DNA of 64,000 nt from Methanobacteriota archaeon (GTDB taxonomy: Archaea > Methanobacteriota > Methanobacteria > Methanobacteriales > Methanobacteriaceae), in the NCBI GenBank assembly GCA_963787255.1, contig CAWBCJ010000029.1:480001-544000 (forward strand). The letters are read 5' to 3'. Shown one piece after another: positions 63,417 to 64,000 of the stretch; the stretch's first letter is position 1; every line of letters starts with the position of its first letter. The notes beneath the pieces were generated by a model that was not told the origin of the DNA, searched no databases, and saw nothing but the letters and a program-made list of their open reading frames with translations. Made by a program: the position numbers and the translations under genes.

Positions 63417-64000
63417 TTAATCAAACACATTAGTGTCTGCTTCATCCAACCATTCATTTACAATCTTAACTGCACAGAAGCTTCCGCACATTGTACATGT
63501 GTCTTCTTCTTCTGGCGGTCTTTCGTTCCTTATTCTCCTTGCTTCTTCGGGACACATTGCAGAGTTAAACTGCGCTTCCCAGTTGAGCTTTTTACGCGCG
63601 TTAGCCATTACAAGGTCTTTTTCACCGTGGTGAATACCTTTTTGCATGTCTCCAACGTATGCACCAATTCTTGTCGCGATTACACCATCCTTAACATCAT
63701 CTTTGTCAGGTAATGCAAGGTGTTCTGCTGGTGTTACATAACAGATGAAGTCTGCTCCAGCACCTGCTGATGCTGCTGCCCCAATTGAAGATACTATATG
63801 GTCATATCCTGCGCCAATATCAGTTACAATTGGTCCTAACATGTAAAATGGTGCTCCTCTGCATAATTTTTTCTGGAGGACAACGTTTGCAGGGATTTCG
63901 TTTAATGGAATGTGTCCTGGTCCTTCTACAATTGTCTGTACACCTGCTTCTCGTGCTTTGTCAATTAGTTCTCCAAGTACAATTAGTTCCTGGACTGCAG
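63417..64000 (-). CDS. thiC: Phosphomethylpyrimidine synthase (ThiC family), 3' part; 5' end outside window
   Basis: [40 protein letters not shown]. Confidence 0.9.
   Translation of the reverse strand, partial: AVQELIVLGELIDKAREAGVQTIVEGPGHIPLNEIPANVVLQKKLCRGAPFYMLGPIVTDIGAGYDHIVSSIGAAASAGAGADFICYVTPAEHLALPDKDDVKDGVIATRIGAYVGDMQKGIHHGEKDLVMANARKKLNWEAQFNSAMCPEEARRIRNERPPEEEDTCTMCGSFCAVKIVNEWLDEADTNVFD

Overview
AT-rich archaeal chromosomal segment. Gene content points to a hydrogenotrophic methanogen, most likely Methanobacterium/Methanobacteriales: cfbA, coenzyme F390 synthetase, DP2, class I LysRS, Sec61beta, DUF5518 paralogues. Housekeeping genes (thiL, leuS, nadE, hisG, truD, purB, polC, nrdD, lysS, thiC) alternate with accessory blocks. 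At least 10 genes, including the essential leuS, carry small indels, which indicates assembly errors rather than pseudogenes. No rRNA, tRNA, CRISPR array or intact mobile element was seen. The best candidates for new biology are four. (1) A 17.0-24.1 kb envelope locus built from repeated 'small ArsR-like HTH + ~100-aa 3-TM protein' modules, with homologous promoters carrying helically phased operator arrays and a long hairpin-rich leader displaying CCUC loops. (2) A TusA-DsrE-IscS-like operon behind two copper ATPases, whose IscS-like protein lacks the PLP lysine. (3) An intact Cys version of the UGSC (seleno)protein pair. (4) Several unannotated structured RNA candidates at 3.8 kb, 10.4 kb and in the nrdD leader. 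All family calls come from motif recognition, not database searches.
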